From Methanomicrobiales archaeon HGW-Methanomicrobiales-3 (GTDB lineage: Archaea > Halobacteriota > Methanomicrobia > Methanomicrobiales > Methanospirillaceae): DNA of 64,000 bases. The position numbers and the translations under genes were made by a program. The stretch lies in NCBI GenBank assembly GCA_002839605.1, contig PGYK01000003.1, positions 96,229 through 160,228 of the forward strand. The letters are read 5' to 3'. Under the pieces are notes generated by a model. It saw only the letters and a program-made list of their open reading frames with translations, was not told the DNA's origin and made no database searches. Of the stretch, positions 19,297 to 28,697 are shown piece after piece (positions within the stretch are counted from its first letter, which is position 1; every line of letters starts with the position of its first letter).

Positions 19297-19965
19297 TCAC
19301 TGTGTGTATGTTTTCAGTTGCCGTACCGCCCCGAACCCGCGCGATACTGATTTTCCTATACCAAGCAGATTCGGGATCTGGAAGTTTGCCTGGAATTTCC
19401 CGGTAAATGTCATGACGCTGACATCCTTGAGCCGGTCTTTCCGGAAATGTACCTGCGCATCGCATTTGATCTGGCCCGGCACATCGTAGCCCAGCGATTT
19501 TGACATCGAGATGAGATTGCCGATCAGGATTTTCCGTACGAACTCGTCCCGCTCGGGAGTTCCTTTGAGTGCATAGTATTTCCGGTAATTCTCCTGGTTC
19601 AGCGCGAGCCACGGGGTCACAAACTCGTACGACCGGATCTTCTCTGAGATTCCGAACTCTTCATCTTTCAACGAGATGCCACGTTCGACAATCTGGTACG
19701 TGTCCGTGCCCAGCCGGATTTCCTGGTATTCATCGAAGATCTGTTTGAGAACTTCCGCGCCTTCGTTGATTCCGATCACGGTCGGGACATTATCGATCAT
19801 CTTGTATTGCACGACCGGGTAGCGGTAGATGAACTTGTCCGCGCTGTGCTGGTGAAGCTCCGCGTATTCGTTAAACTTGGTTGCGAAGAATCCGCGAAGC
19901 TGGTGAGCTGAACCGTGAATAGGCCGGGTGGAGCCGAGGGTCAGGGTGAAGGTGTGGAGGATCAT
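19297..19965 (-). CDS. cas6: CRISPR repeat endoribonuclease Cas6
   Basis: 222 aa. The C-terminal glycine-rich loop is LLGIGKSVSRGFGAV. The size and operon context fit Cas6. Confidence 0.8.
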   Translation of the reverse strand: MILHTFTLTLGSTRPIHGSAHQLRGFFATKFNEYAELHQHSADKFIYRYPVVQYKMIDNVPTVIGINEGAEVLKQIFDEYQEIRLGTDTYQIVERGISLKDEEFGISEKIRSYEFVTPWLALNQENYRKYYALKGTPERDEFVRKILIGNLISMSKSLGYDVPGQIKCDAQVHFRKDRLKDVSVMTFTGKFQANFQIPNLLGIGKSVSRGFGAVRQLKTYTQ

Positions 19966-22388
19966 AGGATCACAGTACCCCCATCACACGGTGTGAATCC
20001 TGTTTGAGGATCATACCTGAACTCCAGTTCTTCCTCTGAAATATGACCGATTCCAAGATCCTCCCGGAATAATCTCTGCGCTTTATTTTTAGGAACCGAG
20101 ATGACATAATCGAGAAACTCCCGTTTGATTTTCAAAAACTCATTTTTTCTCTTTGCATAGGGTTTGGATTTTATCTCAACGAACTCTTGCCAGATCTTTT
20201 TGGCATCATCATCGCATTCAATAAAAACATCCAGTTTCGGATAGTCATTCTGGATAAGATGGAATGAATCCTGAAGATCGGAATACTTGAGATAGCGGAT
20301 GAGGTCGAGACATTTTTTAGCGGTGTCATTCGTGTGCAATTCTTCAACAAGCCGGAAGTACTGGTTATTCAATGCAAGAAACTGCTGTTCGCTGATGACA
20401 CTTTTTCCTTCCAGAACAACCCGTGTTTTGTCAAGAAGGAATTGGGAATAAATATAATTGCAGTAGTTCTTCCCATCGGCCTGTAGAGTTACAATTTGCA
20501 CTTCACCACGGGCATCCTGCTGATTGTTACGGTTGCATCGCCCGGCAACCTGGTTGATCGAATCAAGCGGGGCCATGTCACGGTAAACAACATCGACATC
20601 GATATCGACACCTGCTTCAATGAGCTGCGTGCTGACGATTACTTTCCGTTTCTTGGTATGCGAATTGCGGATATTCCTGATTCTCGCCAATCGTTCTTTG
20701 GGAATGATATGAGTGGACAAGAATACGAATTCGGTGTTCGGCTCATTTAAAGAAGATATTAAAGTATAGACCTCTTTGGCAGCGTTTATCGTATTGAGGA
20801 CAATGAGAAAATCTTTCTCCTGTTCGTTATGGATTCTATGCCGAATAGTTTCAATAAATTGTTGAAGGGCACATGGTTCTGGATTGAAGGTAAGATCAAC
20901 ACGGTTGAGTTGGGAAAAGTACGTGTTTTTCTTTAATGCAAGTTCAAAGATTTCACCCGATTTTTCTTCATCAAAGATCAAGGGTTGCGTTGCAGTCACG
21001 AAGATAACTCGTATGTTCAGACATCGGGTGAGTGTTTGAATAACATCGTGGAATAATAGCCAGTATTCATGAGGGATTGACTGGACTTCATCAAGGATGA
21101 CAATTGCATTGGCAAGCGTGTGATATTTCCTTATCGCACGATTCCGGTTTGAAAAGATCGTGTGGAAGAACTGAACGAATGTTGTAATAATGAATTCTGA
21201 ATGCCAACCCTCTATCAGAAGACGGGATGCATCCTCATCATAGTCCTCGTCATCGGTTGAGGTATAGGAAAAATCCGCCAGATGATGGTGTTTGAGTAAA
21301 ATATTCGAAGGGACGGGATCGCCATAGGCAGAGGATAACACCGATGAGATGACATCATAATTCTGGTCGATAATACTCATGAACGGGAGGCAATAGAGAA
21401 TTTGAGGGGATACCCCGGTTTCACGATTAATCCGTTCACGTAATTTCAGAGCAAAGGAGACCGAGGTTAACGTTTTCCCGGTGCCGGTCGGGACATTCAG
21501 AGAAAAAATTTTCTTGTCGAGATCCAGAGTCGGGACACGGGAAATTACTTCATCGTATATTTCATTTCGCAACTGGTTTATAGGAGATGTGGAGCGTGAA
21601 AATCCCTTATTTTCGCGATAGAGATCAACAAGATCTGATCGAAGTGCCTCTTTGTCCCGGTCTGCTGAAATTTCTGCTGCATCCTGTTTATCTCCCGAAA
21701 GCAGGAGGGAATAATAAAACAGTGTAAGTACTTCCATGGAGGGAGCATCCGGGATCTGTTCGAGACGGGGTTTTAATTTGAAAAGTTTACCGTCATTCAC
21801 GATGGAGGAGAGGATTGCATCGGTCTCCAGAAAAAAACCGGTGATGGTTTCTTCAGGAATTAATCCGGCATACACATACTGAAGAGATTGCGTGGAAATG
21901 GATTCGCATTGACGTTTAATGACATCAGTTATTTCTGATTTTCTGATATCCGTGGTCTCATCAAAAAAATTTTTCAGGTCGCCATGATGCCGACGTACCA
22001 GAACATATCCAATAAACGGTAAGAGAGAATCGTTCGCATCAGTTCTGCTTTTGAAAGATTCACGTAAACAGTGGTAGGTGAAAATTGCCGAGATGAGACC
22101 ATGATGAGTCTCTGGTTTCATCTTTAAGGTTGGCCGGTTTTTTTCATCAGAGAAAAGGTAATCCTGGAAGTATTTTGTGGCTTTTCCAAAGTCATGACAT
22201 AATCCCAGGGTTCGGGAAAATACCGACAACAGTTCGTTCGAATAACCCAAGGAGGAAAAATCCGGATTTGCCGAGTTATGGGACACTTCACAATAATCCG
22301 CAACTGCCGTAAGATGATCCCGCAGATTTTTTCCGGGATGGGAAAAAAGATTACATGAAGAGGATTTTGTCATTATTTCCAAGTTCAT
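19962..22388 (-). CDS. cas3: Cas3 nuclease-helicase (HD domain fused to a SF2 helicase)
   Basis: 808 aa. The HD region is HLTAVADYCE...LCHDFGKATKYFQ. The Walker A motif is NVPTGTGKT and the DEAD-like box is LDEVQ. The C-terminal helicase domain contains STQLIEAGVDID. Confidence 0.9.
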   Translation of the reverse strand: MNLEIMTKSSSCNLFSHPGKNLRDHLTAVADYCEVSHNSANPDFSSLGYSNELLSVFSRTLGLCHDFGKATKYFQDYLFSDEKNRPTLKMKPETHHGLISAIFTYHCLRESFKSRTDANDSLLPFIGYVLVRRHHGDLKNFFDETTDIRKSEITDVIKRQCESISTQSLQYVYAGLIPEETITGFFLETDAILSSIVNDGKLFKLKPRLEQIPDAPSMEVLTLFYYSLLLSGDKQDAAEISADRDKEALRSDLVDLYRENKGFSRSTSPINQLRNEIYDEVISRVPTLDLDKKIFSLNVPTGTGKTLTSVSFALKLRERINRETGVSPQILYCLPFMSIIDQNYDVISSVLSSAYGDPVPSNILLKHHHLADFSYTSTDDEDYDEDASRLLIEGWHSEFIITTFVQFFHTIFSNRNRAIRKYHTLANAIVILDEVQSIPHEYWLLFHDVIQTLTRCLNIRVIFVTATQPLIFDEEKSGEIFELALKKNTYFSQLNRVDLTFNPEPCALQQFIETIRHRIHNEQEKDFLIVLNTINAAKEVYTLISSLNEPNTEFVFLSTHIIPKERLARIRNIRNSHTKKRKVIVSTQLIEAGVDIDVDVVYRDMAPLDSINQVAGRCNRNNQQDARGEVQIVTLQADGKNYCNYIYSQFLLDKTRVVLEGKSVISEQQFLALNNQYFRLVEELHTNDTAKKCLDLIRYLKYSDLQDSFHLIQNDYPKLDVFIECDDDAKKIWQEFVEIKSKPYAKRKNEFLKIKREFLDYVISVPKNKAQRLFREDLGIGHISEEELEFRYDPQTGFTPCDGGTVIL

Positions 22389-23055
22389 AAAAATAATTAA
22401 CCCGGGCAGAGATGGGTTTACAGTTCCGCTCGAACATGAACTGCTGATAATCGTTCACCGTCCGGTCTTCAGCCATTTCATTGGGTAATGACTCGGTCAT
22501 ATATTCCATGCCGGATTCGAATTGGATCTGTGATATCTGATCTTTGGGAATGATCGAATCAAGTGAGACGTCGGTTGTTTTCTCAATTTTCTTCAATGGA
22601 TATTCACCAACGTAGCGGAAATTTGCAATATGCTCCGATATTCCCATGCAGGGAGTGTATACGCATTTATGGGCGGAGATCATCTCTCGTGCTGTTGAGT
22701 AGATGTTCGGATCGGAATGCGAGAAATAAATCCGGAATTTTGCATCCTTGAGAAACTCAAATTTGATCCTGGTATGTTGTTTGATGACATTCATCGTTTT
22801 GACAGAATCTGTATCGATCAGGTTCTCAGAGAACCGAACCTTTTTCACAGGATTCATCAACCGGACTGCGAAACTTGCATTTTTCCGTTGAAATTTGGAA
22901 AGGTACGATTCCTTCGAAAATCCGAGAATGGCTCCCATCAATCCGCATAGAGCGGTACGGGGGGGAAGAGAGAAGGTAAGCGGCGAGGTGGTTGTAAAAA
23001 ATTTCCGGAAGTGGGCGTACTCACTCCATACCTCAAACACCAGTACGTTTTCCAT
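22351..23055 (-). CDS. cas5: Cas5 (type I-B)
   Basis: ORF 22351-23088. I prefer ATG 23055 (MENVLVFEVWSEYAHFRKFFTTTSPLTFSLPPRTALCGLMGAILG, the canonical Cas5 N-terminus), which removes the overlap with cas7. 23088 remains a possible start. Confidence 0.85.
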   Translation of the reverse strand: MENVLVFEVWSEYAHFRKFFTTTSPLTFSLPPRTALCGLMGAILGFSKESYLSKFQRKNASFAVRLMNPVKKVRFSENLIDTDSVKTMNVIKQHTRIKFEFLKDAKFRIYFSHSDPNIYSTAREMISAHKCVYTPCMGISEHIANFRYVGEYPLKKIEKTTDVSLDSIIPKDQISQIQFESGMEYMTESLPNEMAEDRTVNDYQQFMFERNCKPISARVNYFYELGNNDKILFM

Positions 23056-23060
23056 GTCGA

Positions 23061-23981
23061 TCAGAAATTGATTTGTTTGGATGGGCACTTTACAGATTTT
23101 AGGGCATCTTCAAGAGTCACGGCTTTTTCCCCAAAGGTGAGACGAAGATGCGGGTCGATGCAATATTCGATATGATCAATCTTTACAGCATTTGCAACAA
23201 ACGCATCGATAAGTGCCGAGATATCCAGAGGAATCTGAGTGATGTCACGGATTTCCTCATCAGACACTTCGGTTTTCCCCTTTTTGATCAGAGCGTCAAG
23301 ATCCCCGATGTGGTAATTCTTTTCTTTATAGGTTACATTAATGAGAAGCCGGGGCATCTGGCCTACCTTGGAGCGGGAGATAAGATTTTTCGTTCCGTTC
23401 CAGAGGCCATCAAGAAGGGAATTTACATCATCGATCGTGAGTGTCGTTGTTTTCGCTGCATTTTCATTGATGATTCCGTAGAATCCGATGAGAGAATAAG
23501 GAAGGACATATTGTTCGGTGAATGTTCCCTGCTTGCTGGTTTTATCTGCTGGCATTACGGTTGTTCCTTTCATAAACGCCATTTTTACACGGTGGAACGA
23601 TCGCCCGATCCGGAACTGGACCGGCCCGGTCATGGTAATAGTCTTTCCTTTAATTGCTGTCGTCGCCCCGAACAAACGGATATCAATACACGATTTCAAA
23701 AGTTCATCCGCATTGGTGATCTTCAGGTCTTTCATCCGGTCTTCCTTGTCCTTCAGATTGCCTTTATCATCCCGTGTACCCCGGATAAAAATCTCCTGAC
23801 CCTTGAAATCATGAAGATAATCTCTTATGGTACGCTTCAACCGAACATCGCTGACAATGTTTTCCATCGTCTCTTCATCGATACGCGGCTTATTCTCATC
23901 TAACGGATCACCGTTTGGATTGATATCCTTCACATCATACAAAAACAATAACTCAACACGGTTAGAAATTACGTCACTCAT
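23061..23981 (-). CDS. cas7: Cas7 backbone subunit (type I-B, Csh2/DevR-like)
   Basis: ORF 23061-24029, trimmed to ATG 23981 (MSDVISNRVELLFLYDVKDINPNGDPLDENKPR). The NPNGDP motif is characteristic of this Cas7 family. Confidence 0.85.
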   Translation of the reverse strand: MSDVISNRVELLFLYDVKDINPNGDPLDENKPRIDEETMENIVSDVRLKRTIRDYLHDFKGQEIFIRGTRDDKGNLKDKEDRMKDLKITNADELLKSCIDIRLFGATTAIKGKTITMTGPVQFRIGRSFHRVKMAFMKGTTVMPADKTSKQGTFTEQYVLPYSLIGFYGIINENAAKTTTLTIDDVNSLLDGLWNGTKNLISRSKVGQMPRLLINVTYKEKNYHIGDLDALIKKGKTEVSDEEIRDITQIPLDISALIDAFVANAVKIDHIEYCIDPHLRLTFGEKAVTLEDALKSVKCPSKQINF

Positions 23982-23982
23982 C

Positions 23983-25869
23983 TTACTCTCCTCCAATATC
24001 CTGTTTTTCAAATGCAAACTGATCGACAAGGTTCATGCCAAGCACGAAATAAAATGCGATTTCATCCTTCGATAATCTCCATTCATTACCTGCCTCTACC
24101 ATGGAGGTGGAAATCAACCGTTCAAGATCGCGGTAATAATTCGCCTTGTACTCTTCAAGCTTGTTCTGGATTTCCGGTAACAGCGACTGGATCCGGTTTT
24201 GATCCAATTTGAGCCCCTGGAGTTTTGTCCTGAAGGGTGTTGCCTTCCGCTCTCGGTACTGGATATTCAGGAGTTTCTGGCAAAGCACCCCTTCAAGGAA
24301 CACGGCACGTTTCGCCGGAATATTGAAGAATGCCGGAAATTCCTGAAAAATTGCATCAGCTTTTTTACATGTTTCAGATGATGCATCAATGGCTATGCTT
24401 TTTGATTGATGTGTCATAGTAGTTCCATCCTGATAATCCCCTAATAATTTGAGTTCATTTAAATAGCTCATAAGAGCTAACCCCCGAAGGGCACTCTCTT
24501 TTGTAGGAAAATTATGAGCAGCCTTTTTCCGGATTTTTCTCGTGATACCGGATAGAATGAACGGGTAACTGATTCGATTCCCGGAAAAAATTCTGCTTAC
24601 GATGTCAAGGAAATAGGTCTTTTCATCCGTGTCATTTTTTTCCTTGCCAAAGAAATGAAAAATACTTTCAAAAGTATATTCAAATGTGCGTTCACCAGTT
24701 TTTTTATTATCCTTGAAAACCGGCACCTGCAATGATCGTAAAATCGGTTTACTATCCACTACATGTTTTGCATCAAATAATTGTTTCAGACGTGATGGAA
24801 AAATGTCTTCGATATACCGCTCGATTTTAAATTCATTATTATTTTCCTGATAAATCAGGATGTTGCACAGGAATGAATTTTCCTTGTCTGAAAGATGACT
24901 GAGAATTTCTTCTTTTGTGTCACTCAACAAGGTTTGATAGTTGTCATTCAGTTTAATCCGGTTGCCTTCGGTCTGGAAAATTTTTAATGTATCGTAAACT
25001 TCAGTGTTTTCACTAAGAAGGGGTTTGGGAATAACGTAATAATCAAACCCATAAAATTTGAAATGCGAGAAATTATTCAGATATTTTTTTCCGTGTTCTA
25101 ATGCAAGGGCGCAATCAAGACAGACTGGATAATTTTTCCACGCGAGACTTTGATCAAATCCCCCGGAGACCATCCCGGGTTTATCAACGGTGTAGAAATT
25201 GTAGGTTGAAACAAACCCGTACACTTCATCTTTTCTTTCTCTGCAAACCGAGCAAACCATTTTCTCCCCGAGGGAGGTTGTATTGTATTTTTGTGAGAGA
25301 GACGCATGAGTTTTTTTGATGAATATCCTCCGGAAAAGATCAATGTCTCCCAAGTAATTACGCTGATTCTTCTCAAGAATTACGATTGTTACAAGAGCTG
25401 ATTCTTTTTTTGTCCGGATACTTGGGAGCAAAGTCTCTATTTGATCTTTGATCTCTGATTCATTTGCCACAAGACAATCATTCAATGATTGGATCTCTCG
25501 TAGATCCTTTTCTTCCAATGAATACGGTAATACGGAGAAATCCTGTCCGAACCAGTTTTTTATTTTATTTGGATAGGTTTTGTTGATATCCGTAACCATC
25601 GCGGTTGGCGTAACATTTGATCCTCTCGGACTACCAAACCGATAGAGATATCGTGAATTCCGTTCTTTTGAATATTCTTCCTCACTTACCCGGATGAAAG
25701 AGATCTGGTTGCCATTTTTTTCTAAATCGATTGTGAGAATGTGTGGTGGTTTTGGAGATCGACCCTGAATATCTTCGCAAAATATTTCGATGAGCCCTTG
25801 AGGATCTCCAGTGTCGATCTGATCTTTTCGAAGTGAGTATTCCCCAATTTCCCGTATCGCTTCAATCAT
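23983..25869 (-). CDS. cas8b: Cas8b large subunit (type I-B, TM1802/Csh1-like)
   Basis: 628 aa and first gene of the operon. Contains Cys pairs CSVCRERKDEVYG and CLDCALALEHG. The position and size fit the I-B large subunit. The family assignment is by recognition only. Confidence 0.75.
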   Translation of the reverse strand: MIEAIREIGEYSLRKDQIDTGDPQGLIEIFCEDIQGRSPKPPHILTIDLEKNGNQISFIRVSEEEYSKERNSRYLYRFGSPRGSNVTPTAMVTDINKTYPNKIKNWFGQDFSVLPYSLEEKDLREIQSLNDCLVANESEIKDQIETLLPSIRTKKESALVTIVILEKNQRNYLGDIDLFRRIFIKKTHASLSQKYNTTSLGEKMVCSVCRERKDEVYGFVSTYNFYTVDKPGMVSGGFDQSLAWKNYPVCLDCALALEHGKKYLNNFSHFKFYGFDYYVIPKPLLSENTEVYDTLKIFQTEGNRIKLNDNYQTLLSDTKEEILSHLSDKENSFLCNILIYQENNNEFKIERYIEDIFPSRLKQLFDAKHVVDSKPILRSLQVPVFKDNKKTGERTFEYTFESIFHFFGKEKNDTDEKTYFLDIVSRIFSGNRISYPFILSGITRKIRKKAAHNFPTKESALRGLALMSYLNELKLLGDYQDGTTMTHQSKSIAIDASSETCKKADAIFQEFPAFFNIPAKRAVFLEGVLCQKLLNIQYRERKATPFRTKLQGLKLDQNRIQSLLPEIQNKLEEYKANYYRDLERLISTSMVEAGNEWRLSKDEIAFYFVLGMNLVDQFAFEKQDIGGE

Positions 25870-26926
25870 CGTATCGGTCCGGTTGTCAGATAAAAATTAT
25901 TTCTTTCACAAATCTATCGCGTTCCATTATCTCTGCACCATTATTCAACAACCATCCATTCACCTCACGCACCATAAACCTGCTGATCTGCGGTGTGAAA
26001 GTGAATGATTCCCCCCGCAACCAAATTCAACGCAAAAGAAGGCTCGCTCAAAATAAATTTCTAAAAAAATCCGCCACTCCAACAAAATTTTTCAAAAAAT
26101 TCGTCCGGGCATTAAACACCTGCACCCCATTCCCTAATTCCCTCCGGGATTTTCTCAAAAAACTTTCAAAGCCCAAAAAAAATTTCAAAATTTCCCCCGA
26201 CCCCGCTCTCCCTCAATCACGCCCCCCTCCCGCAACTCCCTCGCCGTAAACCCACCCCGAAACCCCACTCCCGGAACCACCCTTTTTCGGATAAACCCCA
26301 TTCCCAATCCGGGCCCTGTAAGGGCTCCGTTGTACCACTTTTCCGGAACGGAGCCCTATATGAGCCCGGATTCGGATCCTCCGGCCCCCTGTTTGATCGA
26401 AAACTCCTGGAGGATCCTGCAGGACAGGGGGTCCGGATGAACGGCTGCGACGGTACCCCTATCTCTCCGTCGATACCCGACCCACACGGCAATACCCGCA
26501 ATTCTCCGACGTTGGATGAGGTATATTTCCACTGGAACCCTCCAAAACGGCCGCCATCCCCCTCCGGACAGCCCCTTTTTCCGGACCACCTGAAATAGGG
26601 TCAAAAAAAGGGGGCGTTTAAACGCTGCTATTTTGCAGGTTTAAAACCGCCAGAATTCACTCCGTTTTGAAAAATACGCTCATTTTACAGACTTTTCTAC
26701 GGGCGTGGACATCATTGCCGGTGGAGAAAAAAGTGCCTTTGTCCGTTTGGCAAACGGAGCATTATACGGGCTTTTTAGACTTCAGCCCTCCAAAGGGTCC
26801 CTTGAGAAAATGTCTGCCGTTCCATCAGGACGGGCAGCTCCGCCTGTCTATTTTCTTACATTTTGAAAATTGTTTTACTATTAAACCAAAAACTATAATG
26901 TCTTACAAAACAACAAGTATCTTACC

Positions 26927-27169
26927 ATGGAAGTAGTTACCCTCTCCTCCAAGGGCCAGATCGTCATCCCCGCAAAAGTCCGGAAAAAACTCTCGCTCAA
27001 AGAAGGCGACTCGCTCGTGCTTGTTGAGGAGAACGATGCGATCCGGCTCCAGCCGCTCGTCAACCTTTCAGAACTCTGGGGCGTTGACACGATCAAAGAT
27101 TCCAGAACGGTTCTCAAAGAGTTGCGAAAGGAATGGGACGATTCGCTTGACGAAAAGACTGCTCTTTGA
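26927..27169 (+). CDS. vapB: AbrB/SpoVT-type antitoxin (VapB-like)
   Basis: 80 aa. LSSKGQIVIPAKVRKKLSLKEGDSLVLVEENDAIRLQP is the SpoVT/AbrB looped-hinge-helix signature. It overlaps the downstream PIN gene. Confidence 0.8.
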   Translation: MEVVTLSSKGQIVIPAKVRKKLSLKEGDSLVLVEENDAIRLQPLVNLSELWGVDTIKDSRTVLKELRKEWDDSLDEKTAL

Positions 27170-27542
27170 TACCCACGCCTTCCTCGCGTTCTTCAACCGC
27201 GAAGAAGGATCGGAGAAGATCAAAGAATTTTTTGATGCGGTCCAGAACGGAGAGACTGAGGGTTTCGTTGCGGTGATCACGCTGACCGAGCTCGCGTACA
27301 TCTACACCAGGAATGCCGGTGCAGATGTGGCCCGGCTCCGGGTCATGCAGATCCGGGGCTCGAACCTGAACATCATCCCGCTGATACCAGAGATCGCAGT
27401 TGAAGCCGGCCTGCTCAAGCAGCCGGGTATATCAATTGCCGATGCGATCATCGCGGCATCGGCCAGGTCCGTGGGTGCCGCGGTAGTTACGAATGATCCG
27501 CATTTTTCTGCATTGGGGGTTGAGGTCAACGGGTACAGGTAA
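27147..27542 (+). CDS. vapC: PIN-domain toxin (VapC-like)
   Basis: The acidic residues come in PIN order: LLFDTHAF, LTELAY, IADAIIAASA, VTNDPHF. There is no ATG near the domain start. TTG 27147 is my inferred start, giving a 23-nt overlap with vapB. Confidence 0.7.
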   Translation: MTKRLLFDTHAFLAFFNREEGSEKIKEFFDAVQNGETEGFVAVITLTELAYIYTRNAGADVARLRVMQIRGSNLNIIPLIPEIAVEAGLLKQPGISIADAIIAASARSVGAAVVTNDPHFSALGVEVNGYR

Positions 27543-27639
27543 TATTTTCTTCAGTAATCATTGAGTATTTGGGACAATCACGGGTAAGGCTCAGGAATAC
27601 CGACACCTTCATCCCCAATCCATAATCACCATTCATCCA

Positions 27640-28557
27640 ATGGCAACCGACAACTCCGGGCTCATCATTGTCCTCATCATCTTTGCCGCAGTCATCGGCA
27701 TCTTCGTGTATGCACACCTCAGCAAACGGGTTACCGCGGACAAGAGGAAGGCGCAGATCCGTGCTTTCAAAACTGCGCCGAAGATCGCAAAGGATGCACC
27801 AATCCTTGTGCAGGGGAATGCCGTTGCACCGGACGTCATCCTCCCGTCAACCGGCGAGCATGTGGCATATTACAGCATGTTTGTCCTCAGCAAAGAATCG
27901 AAAATCACCGGCTCACGTTCCAGCACCCGTTTCCGGATCAACGGTATCCCGCTTGGTTCGGACGGGACCCGGATTGAAGGGGTAGAGGGATTCATGTTCC
28001 ATGAGACCAGCGGCGATTTTACCGTCGAAGCTTCGAAAACGCGGTACCTCGTACAGCCATCGGGAGTATTTGCGTATTTCAAGAAAGGGGCAGATCTGGT
28101 GTCCGGTCTTGTTGCGGGCCAGTTTGCGGCAGCCGGCCTTCCCGAATCGTTCTTCCAGGACGCCATGAACATCAGGATCGCCGAGCCGGCGCTTGCCATG
28201 TTCTGCGGGCTCGATGCGCCGATCGTGACCGAACATTCACGGAAGTATTCGGGCTCGCAGGGCCGGATTACAACAACCGGGCGCACCACGTTCTCGGTGG
28301 TCATGGCAAACAGCCGGATCGATTCCCGGGTCCATACCTTCGTGTCCGGGTTCAGTCTCCCGCAGGGAGTTGTGGATCTTATCGAAAAACGGGGAATCGA
28401 ACTTCCGGAAAAAGAAGAGATCCTTGTTGTCGAGACCTTCATCCCGCTCAACCGGGAGGTGTATGTCTTTGGCACCTTTGACGGGAACGGGAACATCGTG
28501 TACGCGGACAGCACATCGCAGCTCTCGGTCTCGTACACGGACCCGGGAGAGGAATGA
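27640..28557 (+). CDS. Hypothetical membrane-anchored protein, GIDE-like (tentative)
   Basis: 305 aa. One N-terminal TM helix (GLIIVLIIFAAVIGIFVYA) is followed by a K/R-rich segment. The beta-rich body (ILVQGNAVAPDVILPSTGEHVAYYSMFV; FMFHETSGDFTVE; ILVVETFIPLNREVYVFGTFDGNGNIV) resembles prokaryotic GIDE-family proteins. The antisense 264-aa ORF is Ser/Arg/Pro-rich. Confidence 0.6.
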   Translation: MATDNSGLIIVLIIFAAVIGIFVYAHLSKRVTADKRKAQIRAFKTAPKIAKDAPILVQGNAVAPDVILPSTGEHVAYYSMFVLSKESKITGSRSSTRFRINGIPLGSDGTRIEGVEGFMFHETSGDFTVEASKTRYLVQPSGVFAYFKKGADLVSGLVAGQFAAAGLPESFFQDAMNIRIAEPALAMFCGLDAPIVTEHSRKYSGSQGRITTTGRTTFSVVMANSRIDSRVHTFVSGFSLPQGVVDLIEKRGIELPEKEEILVVETFIPLNREVYVFGTFDGNGNIVYADSTSQLSVSYTDPGEE

Positions 28558-28697
28558 AGGGATCGATCCTCGCGGCCGGAACCTGCTGCGGCCCGGGCAC
28601 GGGATGCTGCATCCCATCCCCCCGGAAATAAACCACTTTTTCGTCCACCGGGCCCGGCCAGCACCGGTACAGCATCATTTCATAAAGTGTATATCCA

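Noticed and set aside
19289-19612. N-terminal 108-aa extension of the cas1 ORF
   Set aside because: It overlaps the 3' end of cas6 in another frame and is Arg/Gly/Pro-rich. The canonical Cas1 N-terminus starts at ATG 19288.
25833-26249. 138-aa plus-strand ORF, plus other short ORFs at 26217-26936
   Set aside because: They are low-complexity translations of the C/A-rich non-coding tract, with no start context. I treat the region as non-coding (see the finding for 25870-26926).
27870-28664. 264-aa minus-strand ORF competing with the GIDE-like gene, and similar minus-strand ORFs at 28945-29590 opposite the GIY-YIG-like gene
   Set aside because: These are Ser/Arg/Pro-rich sequences with no TM or motif content. 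The plus-strand frames carry a clean TM helix and the GIY-YIG signature. Strand choice here rests on composition and motifs only, so it should be confirmed by transcript data.
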